Assembly: GCA_018624035.1 (NCBI GenBank) | Contig: JAAZUU010000001.1 | Span: 4,080-68,079, forward strand | From: Rhodobiaceae bacterium | GTDB lineage: Bacteria; Pseudomonadota; Alphaproteobacteria; Puniceispirillales; Puniceispirillaceae | Reading direction: 5' to 3' | Length of the DNA stretch: 64,000 nucleotides | In this document: piece after piece, positions 55,152 to 63,195 of the stretch | Layout: every line of letters starts with the position of its first letter | How positions within the stretch are numbered: the stretch's first letter is position 1 | Notes under the pieces: model-generated | Seen by the model: the letters and a program-made list of their open reading frames with translations, nothing else | What the model was told of the DNA's origin: nothing | Database searches by the model: none | Program-made: the position numbers and the translations under genes

Positions 55152-56624
55152 ATGGCCAAGGAGGTCGTCGAGAAGATCCGCTGCGATGCCTGTCCGGTGA
55201 TGTGCTATATCGCCGATGGCAACAGCGGTGCCTGTGACCGCTACGCCAATCATGACGGCCAGATCGTCCGTCTTGACCCGCTGACGATCTTTGACCGGAG
55301 GCTGTCGGCCGGCGATACGGTGAAACCGTTTCTTGGTGCCGGTTGGGATGGCGGCCTCGGGTCCGAGACAGACCTGTTCGTGACCGCCATCGGTGCCGGC
55401 ACGACCTATCCCGATTACAAGCCGGCGCCCTTTGTTGTCAGCCGTGATATCGAGGGGGTCGATTTCGTGACGGTGGTGACCGAGGCCATCTTCTCCTATT
55501 GCGGGGTGAAGGTGAAAATCGACACCGACCGGCATCTTGGCAAGGAAGGCGCCGTGGTGCGCTGCGATGGCGAGGCTGTCGGGCTGGTCATCACCTCGGA
55601 ATATGGCTCGCAGATGCTGTCGCTTGGCGGGGTCGATCATCTGACCGGCGGGTCGAAGAAGGAAGGCCGGGTCACCTGCGACACGCTCATGCAGCTGTGC
55701 AACAAACAGGCTGTCGAACTGACGATCGATGACGGCGCGACGGTTACCGTCCAGGCCGGCAAGCCACCGATTGTCGATGGCATCGTAGAGAGCCGCATGC
55801 GGGTCGGCTGCGGGTCGGCGACGATCGGCATGTTCGCCTCGCAATGGAAGGGGCTTGTCGATGAGGTGGTTGTCGTCGATGACCACATCACCGGCGTGGT
55901 GTCCGAACATCAGGCCGGCAAGGTCATCGACTGGCAGGAAACCGGCATCAGGATCAAGGGACGCCGTTCGACCCCGGGGCGCTATTTTCAGGTGGCCGAA
56001 CCCGGTCTTGGATGGGGTGGCACCGATATCGAGGACCCGCTGACCATACTTGGCGACTGGGATGCGAAGAAGGGCGCCCGCCCGGGACTGACATTGCTGA
56101 TGGTGTCGACGACCGGCGAGCAGTCTGGCTATTTCACCCTGGATGATGATCTGGTGCCACAGCCGGCGCCGCTTCCCGAATCGCTGCGCCCGACGGTTGA
56201 TCTGATCACCGAGAATTGCGAGCCGGCCCAATGCACGGTGCTGTTCATGGGCGGGGCTGGCGGATCGCTTCGCGCCGGCGCGACGAGGAACCCGGTGAAG
56301 CTGACCCGCTCGGTGCAGAAACGGCATACCACCGTGTCCTGCGGCGGTGTCGAGGCGTTCGTCTGGCCCGGCGGTGGGATCACGATCATGGTCGATGTGC
56401 TGAACCTTCCCGACAATGCCTTCGGCTATGTGCCGACGCCGGCGCTGGTCGCGCCGCTGGAATTCACCGTTCGCCGTGACGACTATGTGGAGCTTGGCGG
56501 ACATGGCGACGCCGTGCGAAGCATCGCCGAGGCGATCGAGCAGGGAAGCGAATATGGCGCGAATGCACAGATCATGGGGCCCGGGGCAAAGACGGTGCTG
56601 ACCGACAATGATGGCGAGTCCTGA
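55152..56624 (+). CDS. Fe-S protein resembling 6-hydroxynicotinate reductase (Hnr-like)
   Basis: 490 aa with GGGGAGAG SD. The N-terminal motif is C-x2-C-x3-C-x9-C (KIRCDACPVMCYIADGNSGAC). I recall proteins of this size and N-terminus being annotated as 6-hydroxynicotinate reductase in alphaproteobacteria, next to UPF0280 and DUF1185 genes. The assignment needs an HMM/BLAST check. Confidence 0.5.
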   Translation: MAKEVVEKIRCDACPVMCYIADGNSGACDRYANHDGQIVRLDPLTIFDRRLSAGDTVKPFLGAGWDGGLGSETDLFVTAIGAGTTYPDYKPAPFVVSRDIEGVDFVTVVTEAIFSYCGVKVKIDTDRHLGKEGAVVRCDGEAVGLVITSEYGSQMLSLGGVDHLTGGSKKEGRVTCDTLMQLCNKQAVELTIDDGATVTVQAGKPPIVDGIVESRMRVGCGSATIGMFASQWKGLVDEVVVVDDHITGVVSEHQAGKVIDWQETGIRIKGRRSTPGRYFQVAEPGLGWGGTDIEDPLTILGDWDAKKGARPGLTLLMVSTTGEQSGYFTLDDDLVPQPAPLPESLRPTVDLITENCEPAQCTVLFMGGAGGSLRAGATRNPVKLTRSVQKRHTTVSCGGVEAFVWPGGGITIMVDVLNLPDNAFGYVPTPALVAPLEFTVRRDDYVELGGHGDAVRSIAEAIEQGSEYGANAQIMGPGAKTVLTDNDGES

Positions 56625-57561
56625 CATATCCGGTGTTGGCCGGCCATCCGCCATGGCGGGGTTTCAGGCGGCGCTGATCGGCCGCCATCAGCGGCTCCAT
56701 ATCCAGCATGGCCCCATCGATCTGGTGATTGACGCGGACGGGTCGGGGCGCAACGCGCTGTTCGAACGCGCTGTCGACGCGGCGATGCCGGTTCTCTCGA
56801 TCCTTGCGGACGAGCTGGACGGCCTGCGCGCGCCATATGCGGCAGGACGCCGGTTTGGCGGGTCGGTGGCGCGCCGCATGCAGACTGCCTGCCGGGTGGC
56901 CGGTGACAGGTTTGTCACCCCCATGGCCGCGGTGGCGGGGTCGGTGGCCGATCACGTTCTGGCGGCAATGCTGGATGATGAGGCGGCACGGGACAGCAGC
57001 CGGATCAGCGTGAATAACGGTGGTGATATCGCCTTCTGGACCGCGGAGGGCGCCACGACGCGCGCCCTGATCGCCGGTCTTCCGGCAGGCATGCTGACGC
57101 TCACCGGACCGACATGCTGGCGCGGTATGGCCAGCTCGGGATGGGGCGGGCGCAGTCACTCGCTTGGCATAGCCGACAGCGTGACGGTGCTTGCCAAAAG
57201 TGCCGCGCTGGCCGATATCGCGGCAACTCTGATTGCCAATAATGTCGACCTGCCGGGCCACCCGATGATCACGCGGCAGCCGGCGCATGACCTTGACCCG
57301 GCAAGCGACCTTGCCAACAGGATGGTGACGACCGGCGTGCCGTCCCTTGCCGATGACGAGATTGCGGCCGCGCTGGCCGCCGGGCGCGTGACAGCCTCCG
57401 AACTCACGCAGCGGCATGGCATCGCCGGCGCGGTTCTGGTGCTGCAGGGCCGGATCGAGACAGTCGGTCTCGCCGCCGGCCTGCTTGACGGCCAGCCAGC
57501 CCACGCCGACAGGCCAGATAACATCAAGGCAGATCAAATCGGGGAGGATTACCATGCCTGA
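56608..57561 (+). CDS. UPF0280 family protein (ApbE-like fold family)
   Basis: 317 aa. 17-nt overlap with the Hnr-like gene. RLHIQHGPIDLVIDADG is the motif I associate with UPF0280. Confidence 0.55.
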   Translation: MMASPDISGVGRPSAMAGFQAALIGRHQRLHIQHGPIDLVIDADGSGRNALFERAVDAAMPVLSILADELDGLRAPYAAGRRFGGSVARRMQTACRVAGDRFVTPMAAVAGSVADHVLAAMLDDEAARDSSRISVNNGGDIAFWTAEGATTRALIAGLPAGMLTLTGPTCWRGMASSGWGGRSHSLGIADSVTVLAKSAALADIAATLIANNVDLPGHPMITRQPAHDLDPASDLANRMVTTGVPSLADDEIAAALAAGRVTASELTQRHGIAGAVLVLQGRIETVGLAAGLLDGQPAHADRPDNIKADQIGEDYHA

Positions 57562-58135
57562 CTTCACGCTTCGCAAGACAATGAGTTTTGTCGAGACAAT
57601 CCACCACGAGAATGGCCCGCCGCCAGAGACACCGCGCCGCCGCGCCGCCATTGTCGCCGTCGTCGCCAACCCGTTCGCCGGCACCTGGCAGGAGGATCTG
57701 CAATCGGCGATGGATGATCTGAAACAGCTTGGCCTTGCCATGACCGACGAGTTGATCGGGCTTCTTGGCGGGATCGAGGGGATTGACGGCTATGGCAAGG
57801 CGGCGCTTGCCGGCGAGGGGGGCGAACTGGAACATACCGCGCTGTGGCATGTCCCCGGCGGCTATTCGATGCGCGAGCGTCTTGGCGAGGCGAAGGCCAT
57901 CGTGCCATCGGCGATGAAGGTCGGCGGTCCCGGCACACCGATCGATATTCCGCTTGGCCATATCAACGCCGCCTATGTGCGGAGCCATTTCGATGCCATG
58001 GAGGTGCGGCTTGCCGATGCGCCGCGTGCCGGCGAGATCATGTTCGCGCTTGCGATGTCGCGCGGGCCGCGAATTCATAACCGCATGGGCGGGCTGACCG
58101 TCGATGAGGTCACCGGCAAGGACGGGCTGCGATAG
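57554..58135 (+). CDS. Amino-acid-synthesis family protein (DUF1185 / AA_synth)
   Basis: The ATG at 57554 follows GGGGAGGA and overlaps the UPF0280 gene by 8 nt. MPDFTLRKTMSFVETIHHENGPPPETPRRRAAIVAVVANPFAG resembles the DUF1185 N-terminus. Confidence 0.55.
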   Translation: MPDFTLRKTMSFVETIHHENGPPPETPRRRAAIVAVVANPFAGTWQEDLQSAMDDLKQLGLAMTDELIGLLGGIEGIDGYGKAALAGEGGELEHTALWHVPGGYSMRERLGEAKAIVPSAMKVGGPGTPIDIPLGHINAAYVRSHFDAMEVRLADAPRAGEIMFALAMSRGPRIHNRMGGLTVDEVTGKDGLR

Positions 58136-58274
58136 CGCGAGGCAAGAGGCCAGAATGCGGCACCGTCATGTTCCGCCATCACCGGGCACCATTACTCTGC
58201 GTCCCCATGTTGCGTCAGTCCGGGCGGCATTCTAAACTCCATGGATCAGTTGCTCGGCTGGGAGGCATGAAGAG

Positions 58275-58871
58275 ATGAAGGCGCTTGTTGTAATCGACCC
58301 GCAGATTGATTTCTGCCCGGGCGGCGCGCTTGCCGTCGCCGACGGTGACAGCATCATGCAGCCCATCAACGCGATGATGGATGCGTTCGACATGGTGATC
58401 CTGACCCAGGACTGGCACCCGCAAGGCCATTCCAGCTTTGCCTCGTCGCATGAGTGCGCGGCGCCCTTCACCCTGACCGAGATGCCCTATGGGCCGCAGG
58501 TGCTGTGGCCCGACCATTGTATTCAGGGAAGCGAGGGGGCGGCGTTCCATGCGGCGCTTGACACCGATCGTGCTGACGCGGTGATCCGCAAGGGCACCAA
58601 TCCGGCGGTTGATTCCTATTCGGCCTTTTTCGAGAATGACAAGGCGACCGTGACCGGGCTTGCCGGGTTGCTCCGCGAGCGCGGCTGCGAGGACCTGACG
58701 ATGGTCGGGCTGGCGACTGACTACTGCGTTGCCTGGTCGGCACTGGACGGGGTGGCGAACGGCTTTCGGGTCGACGTCAGACTGCCGGCCTGCCGGGCGA
58801 TCGACCTTGACGGGTCGCTCGACAAGGCGCTTGCCGACATGCGCGCGGCCGGTGTGACATTGGTGGAATAG
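58275..58871 (+). CDS. pncA: Nicotinamidase/pyrazinamidase (isochorismatase family)
   Basis: 198 aa: MKALVVIDPQIDFCPGGALAV (catalytic Asp context), ...IRKG..., GLATDYCV (catalytic Cys context). Confidence 0.8.
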   Translation: MKALVVIDPQIDFCPGGALAVADGDSIMQPINAMMDAFDMVILTQDWHPQGHSSFASSHECAAPFTLTEMPYGPQVLWPDHCIQGSEGAAFHAALDTDRADAVIRKGTNPAVDSYSAFFENDKATVTGLAGLLRERGCEDLTMVGLATDYCVAWSALDGVANGFRVDVRLPACRAIDLDGSLDKALADMRAAGVTLVE

Positions 58872-58893
58872 ACCTGATTCAAACGGGGGTGAC

Positions 58894-59442
58894 ATGACCG
58901 AAAACACTGAAACGGGAAGCGTGCCCAATGCCGGCGAGGCACGATCGCCGGTGGCAAGCCTCGTCATCACCTTTTTCGGTGGCGCGCTGATCGGTGCCGG
59001 CCTTTACTGGGCGGCCGGTGATCTGTGGTCCGAGACCCTGCGCGGTGGCATGGATCACGGCAGCATGGCGGGTGGCGATATGATGAAGGACGGCATGCCG
59101 CATGAGCACGGGATGCTGATGGTTGATGACTGGGCGAACCCGCCAGCCATCGACGCCGAAATCTTCAAGGATCCCGAGAGCGGCTGGAACCTGCATGTGA
59201 TGACGACAAATTTTGCCTTCAACGCGGCCAAGGCCGGCTTTGACAATGTCGAGGGCGAGGGGCATGCCCATATCTATGTGAATGGCGACAAGCTTGGGCG
59301 TCTCTATGGTGACTGGTACCATATTGGCGGCCTGTCCGCCGGAACGCATGATGTGAAGATATCGCTGAACGCGAATGACCACAGCGCGCTGCATCGCAAT
59401 GGCGAGGAGCTTGCCGCGCATGTGACGATCATCGTCGAGTGA
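58894..59442 (+). CDS. Membrane-anchored periplasmic Met/His-rich protein with a DUF4399-like C-terminal domain
   Basis: 182 aa. A TM anchor (LVITFFGGALIGAGLYWAA) is followed by GGMDHGSMAGGDMMKDGMPHEHGMLM. The C-terminus GEGHAHIYVNG...YHIGGLSAGTHDVKISLNANDH resembles the GHHHLxID / LxxGxHTLxLxxxDxxH pattern. Confidence 0.45.
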   Translation: MTENTETGSVPNAGEARSPVASLVITFFGGALIGAGLYWAAGDLWSETLRGGMDHGSMAGGDMMKDGMPHEHGMLMVDDWANPPAIDAEIFKDPESGWNLHVMTTNFAFNAAKAGFDNVEGEGHAHIYVNGDKLGRLYGDWYHIGGLSAGTHDVKISLNANDHSALHRNGEELAAHVTIIVE

Positions 59443-59444
59443 AT

Positions 59445-59500
59445 TCCGGGCGATATATTTCCGGGCGATATATTTTCGGGCGATATATTTTCGGGCGATT
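59445..59500. repeat. 15-bp tandem repeat x3.7 (TCCGGGCGATATATT) in a convergent intergenic region
   Basis: Read directly. It starts 3 nt after the stop of the Met/His-rich protein gene. Two copies are perfect, one has 1 mismatch, and one is truncated. Confidence 0.9.
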
Positions 59501-59545
59501 AAGCGACAGGCGCGCGAATGGCGAAGGGACGGACAGCGACCCTTG

Positions 59546-60163
59546 TCATGAACGTCGCGGGAAGGCCATTTCCGGCTTATAGCTGGCGAAGGAGTCCAGG
59601 GTCTGGCGGTTGCATTGTTCCTGCCGGTCGGTGCCGGGCTGGACCGCGGTGATGACCGGAAATCTGGCCCGGTAACCGGCGGTGCGCTCGTTGTCCTCCA
59701 TGGCGATGGTGGCGATTCCGGCGACAATACCGCCCTGACGCTCGACCAGCCGGATCGCCCCGTCCATCGTGCCGCCTGTCTCGACCCACTGGTCCACCAG
59801 AAGGACGCGCGTGCCGCTGGCAAAGGCCGGGGTGCGCATCTCCATATCCTGTGTTCGGCCGGAATAGTTTGTGAAGGACACCGCGTCGGTGTCGACGCAC
59901 AGCTTGCCGGCCTTGCGGATGGGAAGGAAGCCGACGCCGATCCGCGTCGCCAGCGCGGCGCCCAGGACAAATCCCATGGCGTCGAGCCCGGCCACCACGT
60001 CGCATTTCACCCCCTCGAGCTCTGCGGTGAGATCGTCAAGGAGCTGCGTGAAGGCGTCGCCGTTGATATAGATCGAGGTGGGGTCGAGCCAGGCGAATTT
60101 CTCACCTTTCGTGTTCGGTGACATGATGTCGAGATACCAGCGTTCGGCGTTCGTGTGCGTCAT
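59546..60163 (-). CDS. Type I phosphoribosyltransferase (adenine-PRTase-like)
   Basis: 205 aa with PRPP loop VLLVDQWVETGGT. ATGA overlap with the upstream TIM-barrel gene. Confidence 0.65.
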   Translation of the reverse strand: MTHTNAERWYLDIMSPNTKGEKFAWLDPTSIYINGDAFTQLLDDLTAELEGVKCDVVAGLDAMGFVLGAALATRIGVGFLPIRKAGKLCVDTDAVSFTNYSGRTQDMEMRTPAFASGTRVLLVDQWVETGGTMDGAIRLVERQGGIVAGIATIAMEDNERTAGYRARFPVITAVQPGTDRQEQCNRQTLDSFASYKPEMAFPRRS

Positions 60164-60903
60164 GATGTGGCTCCCATTTCACGGCATATGGTGACAAGGC
60201 GCGCCAGACGCGCCGGGTCGATCCTGTAGAAATCACCCTCGATGTTAATCCCGGTCGCGACCATAAAACAATCGACCATGTCATAGTCGCGGGCATTGTC
60301 GGGCGTAATCCCGGAGGCAAGGGCAATCGGCCTGCCGGGAAGTGACTGGCGGAACCGGTCGAGCTTGCCGATATCGGCCGATTTGCCGGTGGCGATCCCC
60401 GATGTCGTCACCACATCCATATAATTGCCGGCGATGGCGGCGGCGCGCGCATGGTCCTGCGGGTCGACAGGCCGCTGTTTCTTGAAAGCCGTGCCACCGA
60501 AATACAGACCCTCCCAACCGCAGCTCTGGCGGATCGCGGCGATCTCGTCGGCCTCGGTCTGGCTGTCGGCGCGCTCGTCGATGCGTGCGTCATCGGCCCA
60601 ATAGGCGTCGATCGGGGTGCCGCGCGCGCCGAGTTCCGCCAGGATGGGAAACGCTTTCAGGCCTGTCACCGCCAGAAAATTCAGCCCGATCCACAGATCC
60701 GGATAGCGGGCGCGAATCGCCTCGATGATGGGCAGAAACGGCTCGACCCCGAAATCATGATTGATCAGAAAACACCCTTTCAGACCGGCATTGACCACAT
60801 GGTCGATATTGGCCGCTGTCGAGCTCTCGTCAAGGACATGGATGACAGGCAGGATAACTGGGCCGGGACTGTCGAATCTTGCATGGAATTCAGATATTTG
60901 CAT
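60160..60903 (-). CDS. BtpA/SgcQ-like TIM-barrel (phosphate-binding) protein
   Basis: 247 aa: ...VVTTSGIATGKSADIGKLDRFRQSLPGRPIALASGITPDNA...FMVATGI resembles the C-terminal phosphate-binding strands of BtpA-family proteins. Confidence 0.4.
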   Translation of the reverse strand: MQISEFHARFDSPGPVILPVIHVLDESSTAANIDHVVNAGLKGCFLINHDFGVEPFLPIIEAIRARYPDLWIGLNFLAVTGLKAFPILAELGARGTPIDAYWADDARIDERADSQTEADEIAAIRQSCGWEGLYFGGTAFKKQRPVDPQDHARAAAIAGNYMDVVTTSGIATGKSADIGKLDRFRQSLPGRPIALASGITPDNARDYDMVDCFMVATGINIEGDFYRIDPARLARLVTICREMGATS

Positions 60904-61095
60904 GGCGCGGCATTGATCTCGGAAAGCCTTGGAGGCAGGTAGGAATTTGCGTCACCACGGTGCAAAATAAGCACATGTTGACCGGTGTCGGACAGGATAA
61001 GTTGCCTGTCAGCGCTTTACACGAGCTTAAATCTGCTCATGCTGGAATGCAATTGGCGACCGGTCGGGCGCGTCACTATCAAGGGAGTAACCAGA

Positions 61096-62232
61096 ATGAA
61101 ATCCACAGCAAATCTTTTCGGTTCTAAATTGTCACGTCGCAAGGCGCTGGCCTATGGCGCGGCAACCGCCCTGTCGACCCCCTTCATTTCGCGGGCCTGG
61201 GCCGCACCGACCGAGATCAACATGCTGGCATGGTACGGTCATGGCGAGCCTGACATCGTTGCCGAGTTCGAGGCGGCCAACAACGTCAAGTTCAAGCCGA
61301 AATACTATGCCGGCGGTGACAACATGCTGGGGCTGATCGCCCAGTCGCCCCCGGGCACCTATGATGTCATCCTGTCCGATGGCGAGTTCGTCCAGCAGCT
61401 GAACGCGGCTGGATATATCGAGGAGCTGAATGCCGCGGACTATCCGTTCGATGACATGCTCTATGAGGATTTCACCAAATTTCCGGGACACTGGAAAGAC
61501 GGCAAGCTGTATTCGATGATGGTGCGCTTTGGCCATCTTGGCGTGTCCTACAACAAGAACGCCATCACCGCCGAGGAAGCGATGAGCTATTCATGCTTCT
61601 GGAAGCCTGAGGTCAAGGGCAAGGTCGGGCATTTCGACTGGCATCTGCCGAGCCTCGGCATGATGAGCCTGTATAACGGCAATGGCGCCGGGCTGTGGGA
61701 CCTGTCGGATGGCAAATGGGATGCTGTTCAGGAAACCACGCTGTCACTGCGCCCGCAGGTTGGCGGTTATTTCGACTATGGCGGAACCTTCAACTCGCTG
61801 AAGAATGGCGAGATGCAGGCCATGTGCGGCATCGGTGACTGGATCACCGGTGTTCTGGAAAAAGACGGCGCGCCTGTCGGGTCCGTGGTGCCGAAGGAAG
61901 GCGGGATCCAGTGGACCGAGTCCTATTGCATTGGCAAGGGCACCGACAAGGCCGACATCGTCAAGAAGTTCATCCAGTACATGCTGTCAGCCGACGGCCA
62001 GGTGAAATCGGCGCAGATGGCGGCCTATCCGGGCTTTGCCATCACCAAGAGCGGCCGTGCCAAGTTGATCGACGTCGACCGGGCCGAGGCCGAACGTACA
62101 GGCCAGATCGACGGCATGGCGAATGATCCGATCACGCTGGTCAAGGAGGGCCGCATCCACTACCGGAACATTCCGGTGCAGCAGACGCTCGAGGACTGGA
62201 ACGATTTCTGGTCCGAATACAAGAACGCCTGA
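61096..62232 (+). CDS. PotD/PotF-like (polyamine-type) ABC transporter substrate-binding protein, Tat-like signal
   Basis: The ATG at 61096 follows AAGGGAG. Signal: MKSTANLFGSKLSRRKALAYGAATALSTPFISRAWA. Confidence 0.7.
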   Translation: MKSTANLFGSKLSRRKALAYGAATALSTPFISRAWAAPTEINMLAWYGHGEPDIVAEFEAANNVKFKPKYYAGGDNMLGLIAQSPPGTYDVILSDGEFVQQLNAAGYIEELNAADYPFDDMLYEDFTKFPGHWKDGKLYSMMVRFGHLGVSYNKNAITAEEAMSYSCFWKPEVKGKVGHFDWHLPSLGMMSLYNGNGAGLWDLSDGKWDAVQETTLSLRPQVGGYFDYGGTFNSLKNGEMQAMCGIGDWITGVLEKDGAPVGSVVPKEGGIQWTESYCIGKGTDKADIVKKFIQYMLSADGQVKSAQMAAYPGFAITKSGRAKLIDVDRAEAERTGQIDGMANDPITLVKEGRIHYRNIPVQQTLEDWNDFWSEYKNA

Positions 62233-62249
62233 GTGGATATCATGACTGA

Positions 62250-62304
62250 AGGGAGGGCGGCGGTCCGCGCCGCCCGTCCCTGACCGGACGGTGAAGTTCC
62301 GGTC
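62250..62304 (+). terminator. Two tandem hairpins between the PotD-like and PotB-like genes (attenuator/mRNA-stabilising candidate)
   Basis: Hairpin 1: AGGGA-GGGCGGCG / CGCCGCCC-G-TCCCT (62250-62281). Hairpin 2: GACCGGA / TCCGGTC (62282-62304), followed by GTTATTG. There is no clean U-tract. Confidence 0.35.
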
Positions 62305-62310
62305 GTTATT

Positions 62311-63195
62311 GTGATGAGTGAAGCCACCTCAACCACAGCTGCGTCATCCGCTGCGCGGCAATCCTCGGTTTTCAAACTGACATTCCGGCTGCCAATCATC
62401 ATCTGGCAGTCGCTGTTCTTCATTGGCCCGCTCTGCTTCATGGTGGCGATGTCCTTCTTCATCGTCCGCAACTACCGGATGCAGGAAGACTTCGTGATGA
62501 AGAACTGGCTCAAGATGCTGGGCCGGGATTATTTCTGGGACAGCTATGTCCTGACCTGGGGCCTGGCTGGTATCGGCACCGTCGTGACGATGCTGGTGGC
62601 CTTTCCCGCCGCCTATACGCTGGCTTTCAAGGCCAGCGAGGCGGTGCGTCGCTGGGCCATCTTCATGCTGATCATCCCGTTCTTCACAAGCTATCTTGTG
62701 CGGATCTTCTCCTGGTATGTGATCCTTGCCGAAAGCGGTGTGATCAATGCCGGTCTCAGCTATCTCGGGCTTGGTCCGTTCGTCATGCTGAACACCAAGT
62801 TCGGCACGGTTGTCGGCTATATGACGCTGACCCTGCCGCTGGTGATCATCCTGCAGACCTTCGCGCTGGCGAATATCGACAGATCGCTTGTCGAGGCGGC
62901 GTTCAATCTGGGATGCCGACCGTTCCGCACGATCTACCGGGTGATCCTGCCGATGGCGCGCACCGGCCTGATCATCGCCGCTGTATTCTGTTTCATCCTG
63001 TCCTTTGGTGATTTTGTCAGCCCCTATTATCTTGGTGGCTCGAAACCGCCGACATTGCCGATCCTGATTGTCGACACGGTCAAGTCGGGCCAGCAATGGC
63101 CGCGCGCCGCGGTGGTGGCGGTGGTGATGATGGTGACGCTGTTCGTGGTCGCCTTTGCCGGCATCATGGCGGCCTACCGACGGAGGGTCGGATGA
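62311..63195 (+). CDS. PotB-like ABC transporter permease
   Basis: 294 aa (GTG 62311 or ATG 62314). EAA-type loop: LVEAAFNLGCRPFRTIYRVILP. Confidence 0.75.
   Translation: MMSEATSTTAASSAARQSSVFKLTFRLPIIIWQSLFFIGPLCFMVAMSFFIVRNYRMQEDFVMKNWLKMLGRDYFWDSYVLTWGLAGIGTVVTMLVAFPAAYTLAFKASEAVRRWAIFMLIIPFFTSYLVRIFSWYVILAESGVINAGLSYLGLGPFVMLNTKFGTVVGYMTLTLPLVIILQTFALANIDRSLVEAAFNLGCRPFRTIYRVILPMARTGLIIAAVFCFILSFGDFVSPYYLGGSKPPTLPILIVDTVKSGQQWPRAAVVAVVMMVTLFVVAFAGIMAAYRRRVG

Noticed and set aside
54921-56654. 577-aa minus-strand ORF antisense to the Hnr-like gene. The same applies to 56572-57741, 42882-44426, 34067-35602, 46398-47663, 47627-48628, 48625-49677, 28628-29767, 17582-18796, 10782-11837, 2964-3800 and 13650-14372.
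   Set aside because: All are mirror-frame ORFs opposite genes with clear family signatures. They are rich in R/G/P/H/D and lack SD sequences and motifs. I treat them as GC-rich antisense artefacts.
58879-59970. 363-aa minus-strand ORF that reads the 15-bp repeat as (ARKYI)n and spans two other genes
   Set aside because: It overlaps the plus-strand Met/His-rich protein gene and the out-of-frame PRTase gene, which has a clear PRPP loop. Its composition is shadow-like. The repeat is better explained as intergenic.
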